A stretch of DNA of 64,000 nt from Lobosporangium transversale (GCF_002105155.1 NW_019029004.1:496001-560000), one strand, 5' to 3'. Positions 37,975-52,397 are shown, counted from the stretch's first letter. The notes: generated from the sequence alone by a model not told the origin. A program made the numbers and translations.

Positions 37975-38793
37975 TACCGTTGTTGACGGTGGCACAACAA
38001 AAACGAAGTTCATCATGCGTCCAATTAAACTTGTTTCGCTCTCTGAACCATGAAATGACCTTTCTCACTTTTTGCGGAAGGCGTGTATGCGTGCGTGTGT
38101 ACTGAAAAATAAATGGTCTCTTACTGCAATGCGGGAGAGACAAACATGCCAAATCACTTTGCTGACATCCTCTCATTTTTTTTCATCTCAAATTTTATAT
38201 TTTTTTTTAAAAAAACAGGTACTGCAGGTGCCTGTGCAACCATTGCAAGCGATGCATTGATGAATCCTTTTGATGTGATTAAGCAGCGTATGCAGGTTCA
38301 TGGATCCGTTTACAAGAGCGTATTTGACTGCGCCACTAAAGTATACAAGTTGGAGGGACTTCGAGCTTTTTACATCTCCTATCCAACCACCTTGACCATG
38401 ACCATCCCTTTCCAATCCATTCAATTCGCCACATATGAATATCTTCGTAAGGTTTTGAACCCCACAGGAGTATATGATCCTTTGACACATATCACAGCAG
38501 GAGGTATTGCTGGTGCAGTAGCTGCTGCTGCGACTACACCTTTGGACGTAGCCAAAACATTGTTGCAGACCCGTGGAGAGGCCACAGATGTGAGGATAAG
38601 GAATTGTAATGGTTTATTTGAGGCATTCAAATTGATCTATCAACGTCAAGGTCTAGCTGGATTTGCAAAGGGTATTCAACCTAGAATATTGAGCCATATG
38701 CCCTCAACAGCCATCTGCTGGGGTGTCTATGAATATGGTAAATGGTTCTTAAGTCGTAACAACGCAGATCAACATCCCATCAACATGCATTAA
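37099..38793 (+). CDS. MRS3: Mitochondrial iron carrier, mitoferrin (Mrs3/Mrs4)
   Basis: Three exons (37099-37230, 37626-37848, 38219-38793). EIDYEALP, AGIAEHAIMYPVDSIKTRMQ, GAGPAHALYF, SDALMNPFDVIKQRMQ, SYPTTLTMTIPF, TTPLDVAKTLLQ. Confidence 0.95.
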
Positions 38794-39084
38794 AAAAAAA
38801 AAAAAAAAAATCAATATCTATTTCTTCTCCCTCTTCTTTTCATCTCCTCTCATTTTTGTTATTCCTGTAATATAAAAGTACTTGAAATAAAAGCTAAATC
38901 ATCCAAAATTACAAGTAATAAAAATCATGGAATCTAACGAATGTTTGATATTACAAGAGGTTTTAAAGTGATATATTGATAAACAAAAAGACTATAATGT
39001 GAGTGTGCGACCAAATATAAAAGGGTGGATTTTTTGTTCGACTTGATATGAAAATGACAATGACAATGAGAATGAGAATGTATA

Positions 39085-39118
<34 letters not shown>

Positions 39119-39203
39119 CCTTCCACGACTGCATCAACATCGAGCTGATTACTATTTAGTGGAGACAACTAGTTTTTTTTTTTTTTTTTTTTTTTTTTAT
39201 CTT

Positions 39204-41091
39204 TTAGTTGGCAAGTTTAAGTGCCCCGGATGTTGTCAGCGCATGGTACAGATCCTCCAAAAGATCTTCGACATCTTCAATGCCTACACATAGGCGGATC
39301 AAATCCTCGGGCATGGCACGCTCTGCGCGCACTGCAGCAGGAATACTGGCATGAGACATGCGACATGGCATACTACAATAGAAAACCCATAAAAACTAAC
39401 ATAAGTATTTTGAAACTTACAAAATAACTATTATGCTGTTCACCATCGTGTTATATTAAAAGTAAAGAGAATAGCGTTCCTATTCATTACCTGATCAAAG
39501 AGTTGACACAGCCAAAGCTTACACTAATACCCCAAAGGCGTGTCAATTCAACCAATTTTTCGCTCAGTTCGACATCACCCGTTTCGAAGCTGAGGACAGC
39601 ACCCGGTCCTGCTGACATCTTTGCATGCAGCTCGTATTGAGGGTGTGTCTTGAGCCCTGGGTAATGGACCTTGAAGTTATGTGCCTGTAAAAAGTCTGCA
39701 ATCTTCATAGCGCTAGCCTGCTGGCGATCCATGCGTACTGCAAGTGTCTTGACACCTCTCATTAACAGCCAACAGTCGAAGGGTCCAAGGCCGACCCCTG
39801 TAGCATTGATTGTGAAATAGATTTTCTATTCATGGTGCGCATGTATATATATATAACCGGTAAGTAATAAAAAAAAAAGAGTAAAGAGATACAGAAGCAC
39901 ATCGCTGAACATATTAATCAATTTCGGAAGGGACACATACATCAGCAATGGCGTCGTCCTTGACAGCGACAACTCCAGCCATGAGATCGTGGTGTCCGCT
40001 GAGATACTTGGTTCCTGAGTGGTATACAATATCGGCGCCAAGCTCCAATGGCCTCTGAAGGTAAGGTGACATCATGGTATTATCAACAACAACAAGCGCA
40101 TTGGGGCAACGCTCGTGCACAATCTCTGAGATCCGTGGGATATCTGCAATCTTCATCAATGGGTTGGTAGGAGTCTCCAGCAAGACAAGACGTGTCTTTT
40201 CTGAAAGGTAAGGAATGATGGCTTCCGAGTTTGTAGTGTCGATGTGGTGTGTCTTGACATTATTGTGTGTAGCCAAGAAGCTTAGTAGTCGATTTGTGCC
40301 TGAAGGATGGTCATTTTTTGTATGTTTGTGTCACAAGTGACAAGGAAAAGGATGAGTTGGTTTTGAGCAAGTGTGAGTTTTTTGGGAAGTGGTTGTAGCG
40401 TTGGTTTAGTGCATATTGTCAAAGTAGTAGCAAATGAGATTCAAGAGATCTGTTCAAACTACCGATCACATCATTTTCCCTCTTTTTTCTCAGGCTAGGT
40501 TAAAGCAAATCCAGCCGAATAACAAAAAAAAAAAAAAAAAAAAAAAAAGAGCACCGGTCCCAGAAGCAATTAGTGATTTGTTTCCTTTTTATGATGATTA
40601 CCTCCATAAAGATCGTTTCCTGCAATAACCTCTTCGTTGGCCTTGACAAGCCGAGTAATGACATCCAGAGCAGTCATACCACTGTTGACTGCAAAGGCAC
40701 GCTTTGCGGACATGATCTTGGCAAGATGATTCTCTATTTTGATAATAAATGTTGGGTTACAAATAATTCAAGTCCGTTTAGTCTTTTGTCTGTTCCACTT
40801 TGACTGTTTTGTTTCCCTGTCATGAATGCAACTCTGGAAGCTGAATGAATCGAATTGAAGTTAGAATTGACTTTTTCATTCTTTACCAACATGAGAACGG
40901 GTAGGATTTCCGGAACGAGAGTAATCATATTCTCCCATCTGTGTGGAAGATTGTTGCTTAAATGTGGCTGTCTGATAGATAGGCATAGAGGCTGCGTTGT
41001 AATTGTCCTTTGGACCCTTTCCGTCCGAGTTGTCGACATAGACAAGCTCTGTGGCAGGTCTGTATTTGATTCGTGTGGTGTTGTCAGCCAT
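39204..41091 (-). CDS. STR3: Cystathionine beta-lyase (PLP-dependent)
   Basis: Five exons. SMPIYQTATFKQ, YDYSRSGNPTRS, LLETPTNP, VVDNTMMSP, PLP lysine motif HSGTKYLSGHHDLMAG, ISVSFGCVNSLISMPCRMSHASIP. Confidence 0.93.
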
Positions 41092-42134
41092 GTCTGATAT
41101 GTACAAGCAAAGAGTCCCGAGCGTAATATATGTGTGAACAATAGAGAGTGTATGGAAATGAAAGTGAGAGAATCGTCTGATATGGGATGTTGTCCTAAAA
41201 GGGAGTGAAGATGAAGAGAAGATGGGTGAAGGAAAAAGAGACCCAAAAAGTCAAAAAATTAGGTCAAGTGCAAATAAGACATTTCAAGAAAGCACCCACA
41301 CAGAGCATAAGAGTCATCTCGCCTCAGTCAAACTGAATACATTAAACCTTGTTGGATACACAAGCTTCTGTCAACAGTCACTGACATGGCGACATCAATC
41401 TCTTAATTTGTGTCACGGGATCGTAGCGTTGTAACGCTAGTAGTTGCCATTTCTGCTGTTGTTATCACTGTTATTGCTATTGCTGCTTGTGGTGCCAGAG
41501 ATGATCCTTGTGATCGAATACAAGGACTATGTTCTTTGCTGGCACATCAAATAGTTCTGTAGGACACTGCAGGTCTTCCCGTCTGCCATCATGTCATGAT
41601 GTAGATATCATTGACAGCTAGGACAATAAAGACAATGGAGGTAATCTTCCCATATAATGTCCACCTGCTGGATACTTATTGCTGACCCAAATACTTCTTC
41701 GCGCCGACAAGGACATACTTAAGTGAGCGGTCCTCTAGATGTATAGTGAATATAGAAAAAAGAGTTACAGTAAAAAAAAAGAGAAGACGAACAAGGATGT
41801 TTAGTAGCTATAACCTTTTTAATTCACCAAGATAAACAAACTACAAAGACAAGAGAGCAGAAGCTGGAGAAAAGGCTACGAGGAGAAGAGTTTGCTATTA
41901 TCACGAAGGAATGTAAGGGAAGTCGATATCGATAAGGTGAAGTGCTCGACATCGTAATTACTAGAATAGATCTTAATTTCTTCAACCAATCAATGTCTCC
42001 CTTCACAAGCTACGTGCAATTTACGCGACTGGATATTTGTACATGTACGTGTAGGAAAAATAAAAAATAAACTTGAACCAAAGCATCGCCCAGGCCGCTT
42101 TTACACATTCAACTCTTAATTTCAACTCATTGTC

Positions 42135-42961
42135 ATGGTGCATAGCATTCCAGATCCCGCTTCAGGACAAACCCTTGAAGAGCTTCACAGAGTAGTCGTG
42201 GCACTGCCGCGTATGCCCAAAAATATCGTCGACGATACTCGTCACGAAAAAGTGCTGTCCTATATATCTGCCTTTATTGCACAGGAAGATCCTGTGTTGA
42301 TCCATACAATGTTGGTTGATTGGGCTATCCTTGATATCTTTCAGGTTGGATAAATCAACTGTTGAGGCAAAGCTTTTCTATTGTATTTTATATAAGCTAT
42401 TTCTACCTCTTCGATAGCTTACCATTAATATCTTTCTTTTTTTTTTTTTAATAAAAAAAAAAAAAAAAAAAAAAAAGGCTTGCCTTACTTCTGATCAGGA
42501 TTATCGTGTCAGCTGTGTAGCACTACGTCTCTTAGGTTACTTACTGAAGCATGACCCTACACCAGCAACGACCATTAGTAGCAGTGGTAGCAGTAATGAT
42601 AACAATATACCTAACGTATGGCAACAACTTGAAACTCATTATCCGATTATTCTGAAATTCATGATTGACAACACTATGGGAGAGGAAGCTTTAACACGTT
42701 ACTCATGTTGGTTCGCGTGGGAACACGCAGTCAAATATGATGGCGGCGCACGATGGTAAAATCAATTGTAGAGCAGGCTTTGAAGAAAGGCATTGGGAGA
42801 TTAAAGTCATCAGATTAACATCTAACTCTAACGTTTGATGCTTTTGCGTACAAAACAAAAAAAAAAAAACAACAACAACAATCACAGGCTATTGGAGACA
42901 GGGAAATCCGCTGGCATGGTCACTGCTGCGCTCAAAGATACCAGCACTTATGTATGATATG

Positions 42962-42994
<33 letters not shown>

Positions 42995-45858
42995 TTTTTT
43001 TTTTTTTTTTTTTTGGATGTATCCTAAATCGACATTTTTTTTTTATCCCTAATGGGCTATTTGATATTTAGGTACTGAGCGCAGCGTGTCGGTTTTTGGT
43101 AGCCATTATTGAGAACCGTAGCATTGACATAGAACGGATCACAGCTCATGATACGCTATTGGACACACTGCTGGAGTCAATATCTTTATACAAATTAATT
43201 CATACCATGATGACAGACCAGGATCTGGAGAGTAATAGAGTCGCAGGCTTGGAGTTCCTGTGGATGGTAACAGATGCTAGATCAGATCATGGATCGGCAT
43301 TTCTACGTCAAAGTCAACTGGTAACGTTTGTTTGCTGTAATCCGCTTTTTTTTATATTTTATTTTTTCCGGTAAATATAGAGGTCGCAGATACGTAGACC
43401 GGGATATGTTTAAGCATAGCATTTCAACAGTTTTTTTTTTCTTTTTTTTTTCTTTTTTTTTATCGACTATAGCTTTTCTCATACATGGACTTACTTATGG
43501 ATGATTCACGATTAGTCAGAAGTAGAGCCTTGGATATTCTTTCCATTTTATTGGAATCAACAGCTAATCCTTTGAGCATCCTCGGGAAGGACATAGCACC
43601 GACGCAAGGGATGGAGCTGGACAAATCAGATGACCAAGCTATGGTCGAATGTGAGTTTCCAATCTTTCCTCAAAAGCTTTCCGTTTACGAACATTGCTAC
43701 AGTCCATCATAAGAAGAGCCAAGTTTTTTTTATCTAACATCTATTCCGGTATACATTAGGCTTTAATTATTTGTTGGATCATGATGTATATTCATTGATC
43801 ATCCTCACGGACTCACTCAAGGCACTTCATGTGGCAACGGGTATTTTGGATGCAATGATCAAACCTTTACGTCAAAGTGAGGAAATGCATGGCATCGGAA
43901 CCGATTTTAAGGATACTATAGTATCAGTCATCCTTTGGATTTTGCAGGCATTGCAGGAGAACACAAAGGGAGGTCCAATGGCTGCTGTTAGTCATATCCA
44001 AGCTAATACTATCATAGTACAGGGCAAAGGCAAGCTTGCACATCAACTTAACCAACCTGGCTTTCAATCTTTGGTCAAATCGCAGAGTCAAGCAAAGCCA
44101 ATGAAAGGCGCTTCAGCGGCAGCAGCTAGAGGTGGCACGCTATCCAAGACGATAGTCTTATCAGCTCTCAAGGCTCTCCAAAGTTTGGCCTTATTATTCC
44201 CGGAAACGGTAGAAAAGAGTGCCGCTATCCATATGATACTATTGATTTTACTTGATCAAAAGCTATGCTCAGATCAGAGGGTTTTCAAGGCATGCTTGAC
44301 AGCACTCCCTATTGTTCTAAAGACAAAGATTCAGGATGGACAGTTACTAGATGAGCAGTTGTTTGCGAATGCAATGATGGTTATCCTCGGACTTTTACAA
44401 CGCCAGAGTGTTGGAAGTACATCTGTCAAGTTGATTCTCACAGCCATCCTTGAGTTTTTTGCAGACAATACTATCGGATCAATACTGTCAAATGAGGTGA
44501 GGGAGCTATCCACGATGAAAATGTTTGAAGAAAAAAAAAAAAAAAAAAAGTTTGGTAATACTAAGCTTTACTGAGATATTTTTTTTTTCTCTCGATATCT
44601 CGGTGCGGGTGAGTAGAAAGTAGGGCTGGATCTGGCAAATGCTCTAGGGCTCAAGCTATATGACATGGAGTGGGATGTACGCGATAATGTAATTGAGTTT
44701 ATTGGTACACTTTTCAGAAATGTAAGTTTAAAGGGACTCGCTATGCCTTATTGAATGAGCTACGGATCGCAATCATATGGTCTAAACACTGACCCCTAAT
44801 CATTCTTATTTACGTTCGTAGGCAGAAACAAATCATGGTGTGGATTGGGCACTAAAGCATGATCTTCTCGAGGTTGTCTTCCAGAAACTTTCGGATGAGG
44901 AGGCGTATGTTCGAGCTACTAGTATTTATACCTTTGAATCAATTATGCGTCATCCTCAAGGATGGAAGAGGATGTGCGGCAAAAATCTGGATGAGCGACT
45001 CAGCAGTCAGTTACCATCGTTAATCCAAGATAGCGAGGCTTTTGTAAGGCGTGCAGTACTGGAGGCAATGATCTGTCTAGTCACAGAACGCGACTCTGGT
45101 ACAATTGTCATGGTCCATGGAACACATCTCTTCCAGGAGTAAGTCAAAAAAAAAAAAAAAAAAAAAAAGCCTATCAATGAAAGAAAGCGTGCGGATTTAT
45201 TTATTTGCTTATTTATTTTACTTTTTCTCTTTGTAACAAACTTTATAGTTCAACATTCATGTCACGGTTGACATTAGATGACAGTGACTGGGAGGTTCGT
45301 ATCCGTGCCTGTGAGTTTATTGCAGCCATCTGGAGTGATTGTATGGAACTTTCAGGATCAGACAGTCGAGAGGATGGGGAGGATGGCGATGCTAAAGAAG
45401 GACGTTCCACAAAGCGACAAAAGGACTCACATATCTCCAAACCATCGTCATCCTGGTTTTTTGATATTCGGGGAGATAGAATTCTGGTCGAGGCTGCTCT
45501 GGACTCTTCGCGACTTGTGCGTCTCACGAGTGTAGAAACGCTCAAGCAGATCAAAGTATCAATTGAAAAGTCCTTTCCATCAGTTGTCAAGGAATATCTT
45601 GAGATACAAGCGAACAACAATAGTCTTGGTGGGGGTGAGGATAAAGGTATAACAATAGAGATGACGACGAACACTACCAGCACTCATTTGCTCCGTTTCT
45701 ACACCACATTGATGAGCCTTAACTTTGAGCGACTTGACGCGACGACCTCGCGAGAACAGCTGTATGAAGAAGTTCTGGATGTTGAGCGTGTCGAGGATGT
45801 GGTGATGGAGGAGAGTGAGAATAGAAATGATGGTAACAATATTCTAGATTGTTACTAA
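42135..45858 (+). CDS. BRAT1: BRAT1-like HEAT/ARM-repeat protein
   Basis: About 9 exons with HEAT repeats (LKDTSTYVLSAAC, DMEWDVRD, DEEAYVRATSI, DSEAFVRRA, DSDWEVRIRA). C-terminus ...GNNILDCY* resembles the BRAT1 DCY tail. Confidence 0.75.
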
Positions 45859-46028
45859 GCTTCATGTAAAAAAAAAAAAAAAAAAAAAAAAAAAGTACAT
45901 AAAGATATATAATATAATATTTATAATGATGTTAAGTACATGATATGTATCTTGAAAATGCAATGTAGTTTTTGCTTTATGGTAATGTACATTATTATAT
46001 ATTTATTTTTTTGCTACAATTTTTTTTT

Positions 46029-47594
46029 CTACCCATGGTGGTTATATGAGCCATAGTTTTCGTACGCTGGTTGGTGGTATGGCTGTCCATAAGATGGCTC
46101 TCGCTGTGGAGTATATTGTCCATTAGGATCGAGACCTTGGTGGTGATATCCATGATCATACTGATCATATTGGTCATATTGTTCATAGGGTGCCCCTGCA
46201 TTGCTCGATGGCTCTCTGGAGATCAATGGTGGAGGTTGTGCAGGGCTCGACATGGGTGCGAGCACAGAGCCGGTCCTTCCAATAGCACCGTTGTTGTTGT
46301 TATTGTTACTGTTCAGAGTATCACCTCCTGTCGCAGCAACTTCTTCATCCGGGTTTGATCTTGCAAAAATAGGTTTAGCAGCATTTAAAGCAGAATCACT
46401 GAACAGATCATTAAATGCTGCAGATTTTCGTTGCTGTCGCTTGCGCCAGACCAGGAGGACGGCTAAGATGACAAAGATCGCAGCAACGATACCGGCACTC
46501 GTACCAGCGATCCGAGCTGTAGAGGAGCTTAAACCAGAAGAAGCATTATCGGATTGAAGATCAGAAGAAGAAGAGTCTGGGGATGTTGGGGAAGGATTGG
46601 AAGGCCCACTGCCATTGCCACCACCACCACCACCACCACCAGCTGGAGATGTTTTGGAGCCGCCTTTGTTGCCTCCACTGCCACCGCCGTTACCACCGCC
46701 ACCAGAAGGAGGGGGTGTTACCGTAGGGGGATGTTGTGAACCGCGGGAGGGTTTTGGAGGTTTTGTAGTAGGAGAGGGGCTGGGCTGTGGGTTCCCGTCA
46801 GTAGGAGGAGGGTTAGCAGCTGGTGGTGAAGGTGCAGGAGTGGTCGGCTGGGGTTGTTCTGATGCAGGTTGGGTAGAAGTGGCGGCAGGTGAGGAGGGCT
46901 GGGTTGGTTCTGGAGAAGGATCGCCAGGAAGGGTTGGCAAGGGTATGGGCAGCTCTAGCTCTATTGCCTCTGCTTCGATCGATGATGGTGGTGTTTGAAT
47001 GTCGAGGATTCCATCGCACTTGGCGATCTGATTCTCGTCAAGAAGACTTGAAAGGGTGTATTGAACATGGAATTTCTAAGATGAAGAAGATATATTCACA
47101 GTGTTAGAGAAAATATCCTATTCAACAAAGTGCATTGTTTTTTTTTTTTTTTTTTTTTTTGTAATAACAAAAAAGAATAGATTACTCACATTGCTGGGAC
47201 ATGCTGCTAATGCTGATGCGGCCTGTTTGGCTGTGATGATAACAGAGGGTGCTTTAGATGAGGCTGTTTGAACAGCATCATACTTGGATCCCAATGCTAA
47301 GACGGCTTCATTTGATCCTGAGCAGATTAGATCTGCAGAGATGACGGACAGCTCCAGAAAGCCTTTCCCAGAGAATCCAAGGGTGATTGGTTTTCCTGAC
47401 TGTATTGTTTGATGAGAGGAAGGAGAAGTACAGATGATATTGGCAGGAGCAGGAGCAGGAGCAGGAGTGGGAGCAGCAGAGATGATAGTTGTTGAGGTGT
47501 ATGTGGTGCAAAGGAAGCACAAAAGGATTGTGGTCAAGAGTGTGGATTTGGATGGGATGGATGAGACATGGTATTGTCTATGCTGTGTTGCCAT
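46029..47594 (-). CDS. Secreted-type single-pass membrane protein, Pro/Ser/Gly-rich (Mid2/Wsc-like architecture)
   Basis: Exons 47594-47190 and 47075-46029 join in frame. Signal peptide, small Cys-containing ectodomain, Pro/Ser stalk, TM IAGTSAGIVAAIFVILAVLLVW followed by RKRQQRK, Tyr-rich cytosolic tail. Confidence 0.8.
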
Positions 47595-49266
47595 GATGGG
47601 AGGGCAATATGTACAAGAGGAAGAGGAGGGAGGAGGAAAAAAGAAGGGTATCTATCAGAAATGAAGGAATGGAGATTTGAAGCAAATAAAGAGTAGAAGA
47701 AAGAGAGGAAGAGAAAGAAGAAAGAAGAAAGTAGGGTGGGGAAAGAGGAGATGAAGATGGAGGGGTAGGAGAGGGGAAAGGGAAGGGGGATATAAAAGGG
47801 ATCTGTGTGTAAGTGAAACAAGCAATTTGAAGGAAAAAACTTGATCTGTGTCCTGGACAAATGCACAATGACAGGGGCTCAAACAAAGACCCTAATTAAA
47901 TTAGCTTTATTGACTATGGGATGGCATTCAAATTTATGACATGTAATGTACACTCTCCATGTGCACTATGAAATTTTATGTTATTGGACCGTTAACTAAC
48001 TTGTAAAAATTGTATTCACCGCCCTCGTACTGTCATGTACATGTACATTTCACAAAAAGAAAGAGAGGGGCAACTGAAAATTGCTGAAAAAAAGGATCGA
48101 AAAGGGGAGTGGTAAACCGAGATGTTTGATCCGCCCCGACTTTTTTTTTTTTTTTTTTTTTTTTTTTCCCCTCTGTAGATGTAATATCACACGCACTAAA
48201 CGGGACTACAGCCGAAAAGTCGTTAAAAGATCAATGGTGTGACATCCGTATTAGCATTCCTGTAGAGCTTCAAGTAAGGGAAGACGGGAAAAAAAAAAAA
48301 AAAAAAGATTTGCGCAGTTTATACAAATAGTCGAAATAGTCAATTATTGCTAAAATATGAATGTATCTTGGGCTCCTTTTATCTCTACTACTACTGCTTT
48401 CTATTTGTCTGCCCCTTCCAATGTTTCATGCCCATGTCCGACATAGGCAATAGACTTTTGCCCGATCGCTAATTCTTTGATTTATTGGTTCCTCTCTAGT
48501 CTACACTATTACATTGTTCGCAGAATAGACAGTCCTATATATTTAATGTTCTGTTCGGAGTCAGATTCGACCCACGATAGTTGTTGGTCCAATGCTGATT
48601 GATGGCTGCCCCTCTCCTCCTTACTAAGGCTAGACCCATTGCTCTTTGAGCCATGACCTAGCGTCATTAACTTAGACTGTCCAAGTGGTTTTTTTTTTCC
48701 TGCACAGATCCCTACGTTATCATGAGTAATAGACTAAATGTCGGAACCAAAAAAGACCATTGCGTTTAACTATTGAGACAGCATGCCTTGCTTGTAGGCA
48801 AAGGCATTCTTTTTTGAATGTGTCAAAAAAGGAGAAGGGGAAAGGACCTGGAGGATATATCCCTTCCTCATTTTGTAAAATCTAATCTGAAAATGACGAT
48901 TTTTTTTTTTTTTTTTTTTTTTTTTTCGCCACTCTTTCGTCCCAGATCTTTATCGATCGCTTCGCCTCCTAAACCCTCCTAACGTGTTACATGAACATTA
49001 GAGCAAATGTGTCGAGACTGGACAAGATGGTCTTTTCGGCAAATAATGCAGCTATTATACATAACAAGCTTCTTACAAAGCTGCACTTCACTTTGTCTTC
49101 CCTACATCCAATCCATGATCAGCTTGGGAAAAAGCCTGTTGTACACTCAATAGTCACGTGCCTCTCAGTTAGTGTCGTAGGAGAAAAGAAACCTTGTCGA
49201 CAGTGCTATTCAATATTTACAAGATAATAATCAGACTGAGGGTTCACTTGCCACAACAGCGCAACA

Positions 49267-49297
<31 letters not shown>

Positions 49298-49718
49298 CAT
49301 GATATTAATATGCCATGGTCCTCAAGACTTTTACACATTAAACAAAGAAAAGATAAACGAAGACTCTCCATACCTTGTCCATACTCATCATCCACCAACC
49401 TCACCTGACTAAAGCTGGCTGACTTTAACAAGACTGTTAGTCATTGAGCTTTGCTGTGGCGTGTTTGGCCGTGTTCTACCTTTGTAATACCATCCGGCGC
49501 ACAGACACAGACGGCGGTGGAATTTGTCATACAAGTCTAACAAAGAGCACATTGCCCTTCGCGCAGCATTTCTGGTTTTAAATTCGTTCTCATTTCCCTC
49601 TCTCTCTCTTTCTGTGTCCTTTCGTATCTTCATTATCCATGCCCCATTCTCCCTTCCTAAACTATTATTCCAGGAAGGTTTACTTTTTTTCCTTTTTTTT
49701 GTTTATTTCATCACAAAA

Positions 49719-52397
49719 ATGACAGCCGCACTTGCAGCCCTTCAGGAATCAACCGTTCCATTGTATGATCGATGGCATGATGGTGAGCGCAAAGTACAAG
49801 ACCTACTCCATGTTCGGGAAGCAGTGACAAGGGGTAGTACCTACTTCCGGCCTTATTTGACAGTTCAGATGCAAGAGTTCGTCCCTGGATTGAACTATTT
49901 CTTTATCGGCACTTTGGATTCACAAGGAAGACCATGGGTATCCATCCTAACAGGGCCGAAAGGGTTTATGCAAGCACCTCTTGATGGCAATGGCAAGGTT
50001 TTGGAAATCAAGACGCGTCTAGGCCAAAGTCTTGTCACTGATGAATACGAACACGAACATGAACACGAACATGAACACAAAAAAGGTGCAATAAAAGAAA
50101 AAGATCCTTCTGTCACTATGCCCGCAGATCCAATATTTTCAAACTTCATCCATGGAGAAACATTTTCAAGTAACAAACGAATGTGGGGAGGTGTAGCGCT
50201 CGACTTTTCGAATCGACGACGTAATAAGATGAACGGCGTGCTCTATCCACACAATATCCTCGCTGCTGATGAAAACTCTGGAGATCTCCACGTTCGGTTA
50301 ACTGTAGAACAGACCATTGGTAAGCGTTTTTTTTTTTTTTATTTTTTTTTTATTTTTATTTTTATTTTTATTTTTTTATTTTTTTATATTGTTTTATATT
50401 GGACAGGAGATACGTTGTTGTTTCGTTCTCTGTTGAAAGATAGATCTATTAAACTATCGACCTCTTTTTTTTTTCTCGGATACCAGGAAACTGCCCCAAG
50501 TATATTACAGTTCGGGAGCTGGATCTTTTTCCTTCTCATCTCCATACTAAAAGCAATGACACTGTTGAATATGAACCTACAAAAAAGAGCCTAAATACAA
50601 ATAGGAACATCAACACTTCTGAAGCCCAGTCTTTGCCCCTACCTCTATCCCTTTCATCTTATGGATGGCTATTACCGGAAGAGCAAGCGATCATTCGCCA
50701 AGCAGATTGTCTGTTTATCGCTTCTAGATTCATTGATGAGACACTTTCAGATCAGACAAGCGGAATGGATTGTAACCATCGTGGAGGAAATCCTGGCTTT
50801 GTACGAATCCTTGAAGACAACCGGCTCGTCTTTCCTGATTATAGCGGCAATCGAGTAACGTTTTCTTTTTTTTTTTCCTTTTTTTCAAGACTTGTCTTGT
50901 CGGTTCATGGAGCATACAACTAATGTATGAAACTTTCTTTATTAATTTATCAATTGTTTATAACAGTTCTTTAATACCCTTGGAAATATCGCCAACGATG
51001 ACAGAGTTGGGCTCCTCTTCCTAGACTTCGAGACCGGTGATACGCTTCATTTGACAGGTCATGCAAAAATCTTTATTGGCATGGCCTCTCAGGAAATATA
51101 CCCACGTTCGCAACGATCCATCCAAATCACAGTCGACCCATACCATATCCTACGCCGTCATGCTCTACCTTTTAGAATGACCGTTAAAGAACTATCGCCC
51201 TATAATCCTATCATTCCATCTACTCAGCATCGGATAGTTTATCAAAACAGCAGCAGCACACTTGGCAACCTGGGACAGGAACAGGAGCAAGAGGGAAAAA
51301 AAGGCCAAGAGGTCATGGTCACATTAACAGGGATCAAAAGACATACAGCTGATATCTCTACCTTTGAATTCAGGACTTCGCGACCCATCCATTATATCCC
51401 AGGACAGTATGCGGTTTTGGATTTCAGTGCTTATAACACAATAGGATATCGACACATGGCACCCGATGATCCATCCAGTTTAAATGATGACTATATTCGC
51501 ACTTGGACGATTTCTTCTGCGCCTTTTGTCTCTTCCTCTTCTCCGGCCTCGTCCTTCTCCACATCATCAACCTCAAGCCATGGTTGGGAAGAATCTTCAA
51601 GCTTCAGTATGACGATCAAACGGAAGCCTGATGGAAAGATCTCTAATTTGTTACACGCTTTGAACCCAGACTCACTCATTAGTGAGCCTTTCACAGTGCC
51701 GTTGATATCTACAGGCGGCAACTTTTTCTTACCGCCAGGACCTTATGTTAAAACACCCTTGACATCACCATCCTCATCGTTGGTGTCATCATCTTCCTCG
51801 CCGTCTAACGCCTTCAAGACAGTCAAGCTGGCTTTTTTCTCTGGTGGTATCGGCTCAACTCCATTCATCTCAATGATCCGTGGTATAAGAAAACGACAAC
51901 TATTGAGCAGCTATTACAAGGATGTTCACAACAATGACAGTAACTTCCAAGAGTTGTTTGATATTCAGTGGATTACTTCAGTTCCATATTTTGAGGATTT
52001 GCTTCCAGAAATTCTCTATGACCTTGTCAAAGAACAAGAACAAGAACAAGAACAAGAAGAGAAGAATATAAAACCCAATCAACCTTTGACATCTCTGCAA
52101 CTTTCAGTCAATGCATTTTTGACGCGAGAGGAACAGAAGACTGTTGCAGCCTATTTGAATGATCATGGCATTAAGAATCAGAGTACCAAGAGCAACAGCA
52201 GCAGCAACAAGATCGAGCTTCATTTCAAACGATTGGACATTCAGGCTTTGTTGGAAGCGATTCCTGACCTTGTTGAGGATCAGGAGCGTCAAATCTTACT
52301 CTGCGGACCAGAGCCCTATTTGGAAGCAGTGAGAGGTTATCTTCATCAGCTTGGCATCCCTGCAGGCCGTGTCTTGACAGAGGAATTTAACTTTTAG
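49719..52397 (+). CDS. Pyridoxamine 5'-phosphate oxidase-like FMN-binding / FAD-NAD(P) ferredoxin-reductase-like fusion oxidoreductase
   Basis: Exons 49719-50319, 50487-50854 and 50967-52397. WHDGERKVQ, GTLDSQGRPWVSIL, RRRNKMNG, GNCPKYI, DCNHRGGNPGFVR, PDYSGNRFFNTLGN, RTWTISS, GGIGSTPF, LCGP, terminal EEFNF. Confidence 0.88.

Noticed and set aside
41386..41395. ATGGCGACAT upstream of STR3, resembling a Cys3/MetR ATGRYRYCAT site
   Set aside because: Single site with one mismatch; not distinguishable from chance.
48555..48580. GGGTCGAATC on the minus strand resembling a tRNA T-loop
   Set aside because: Lacks the full TTCGA motif and no cloverleaf can be folded.
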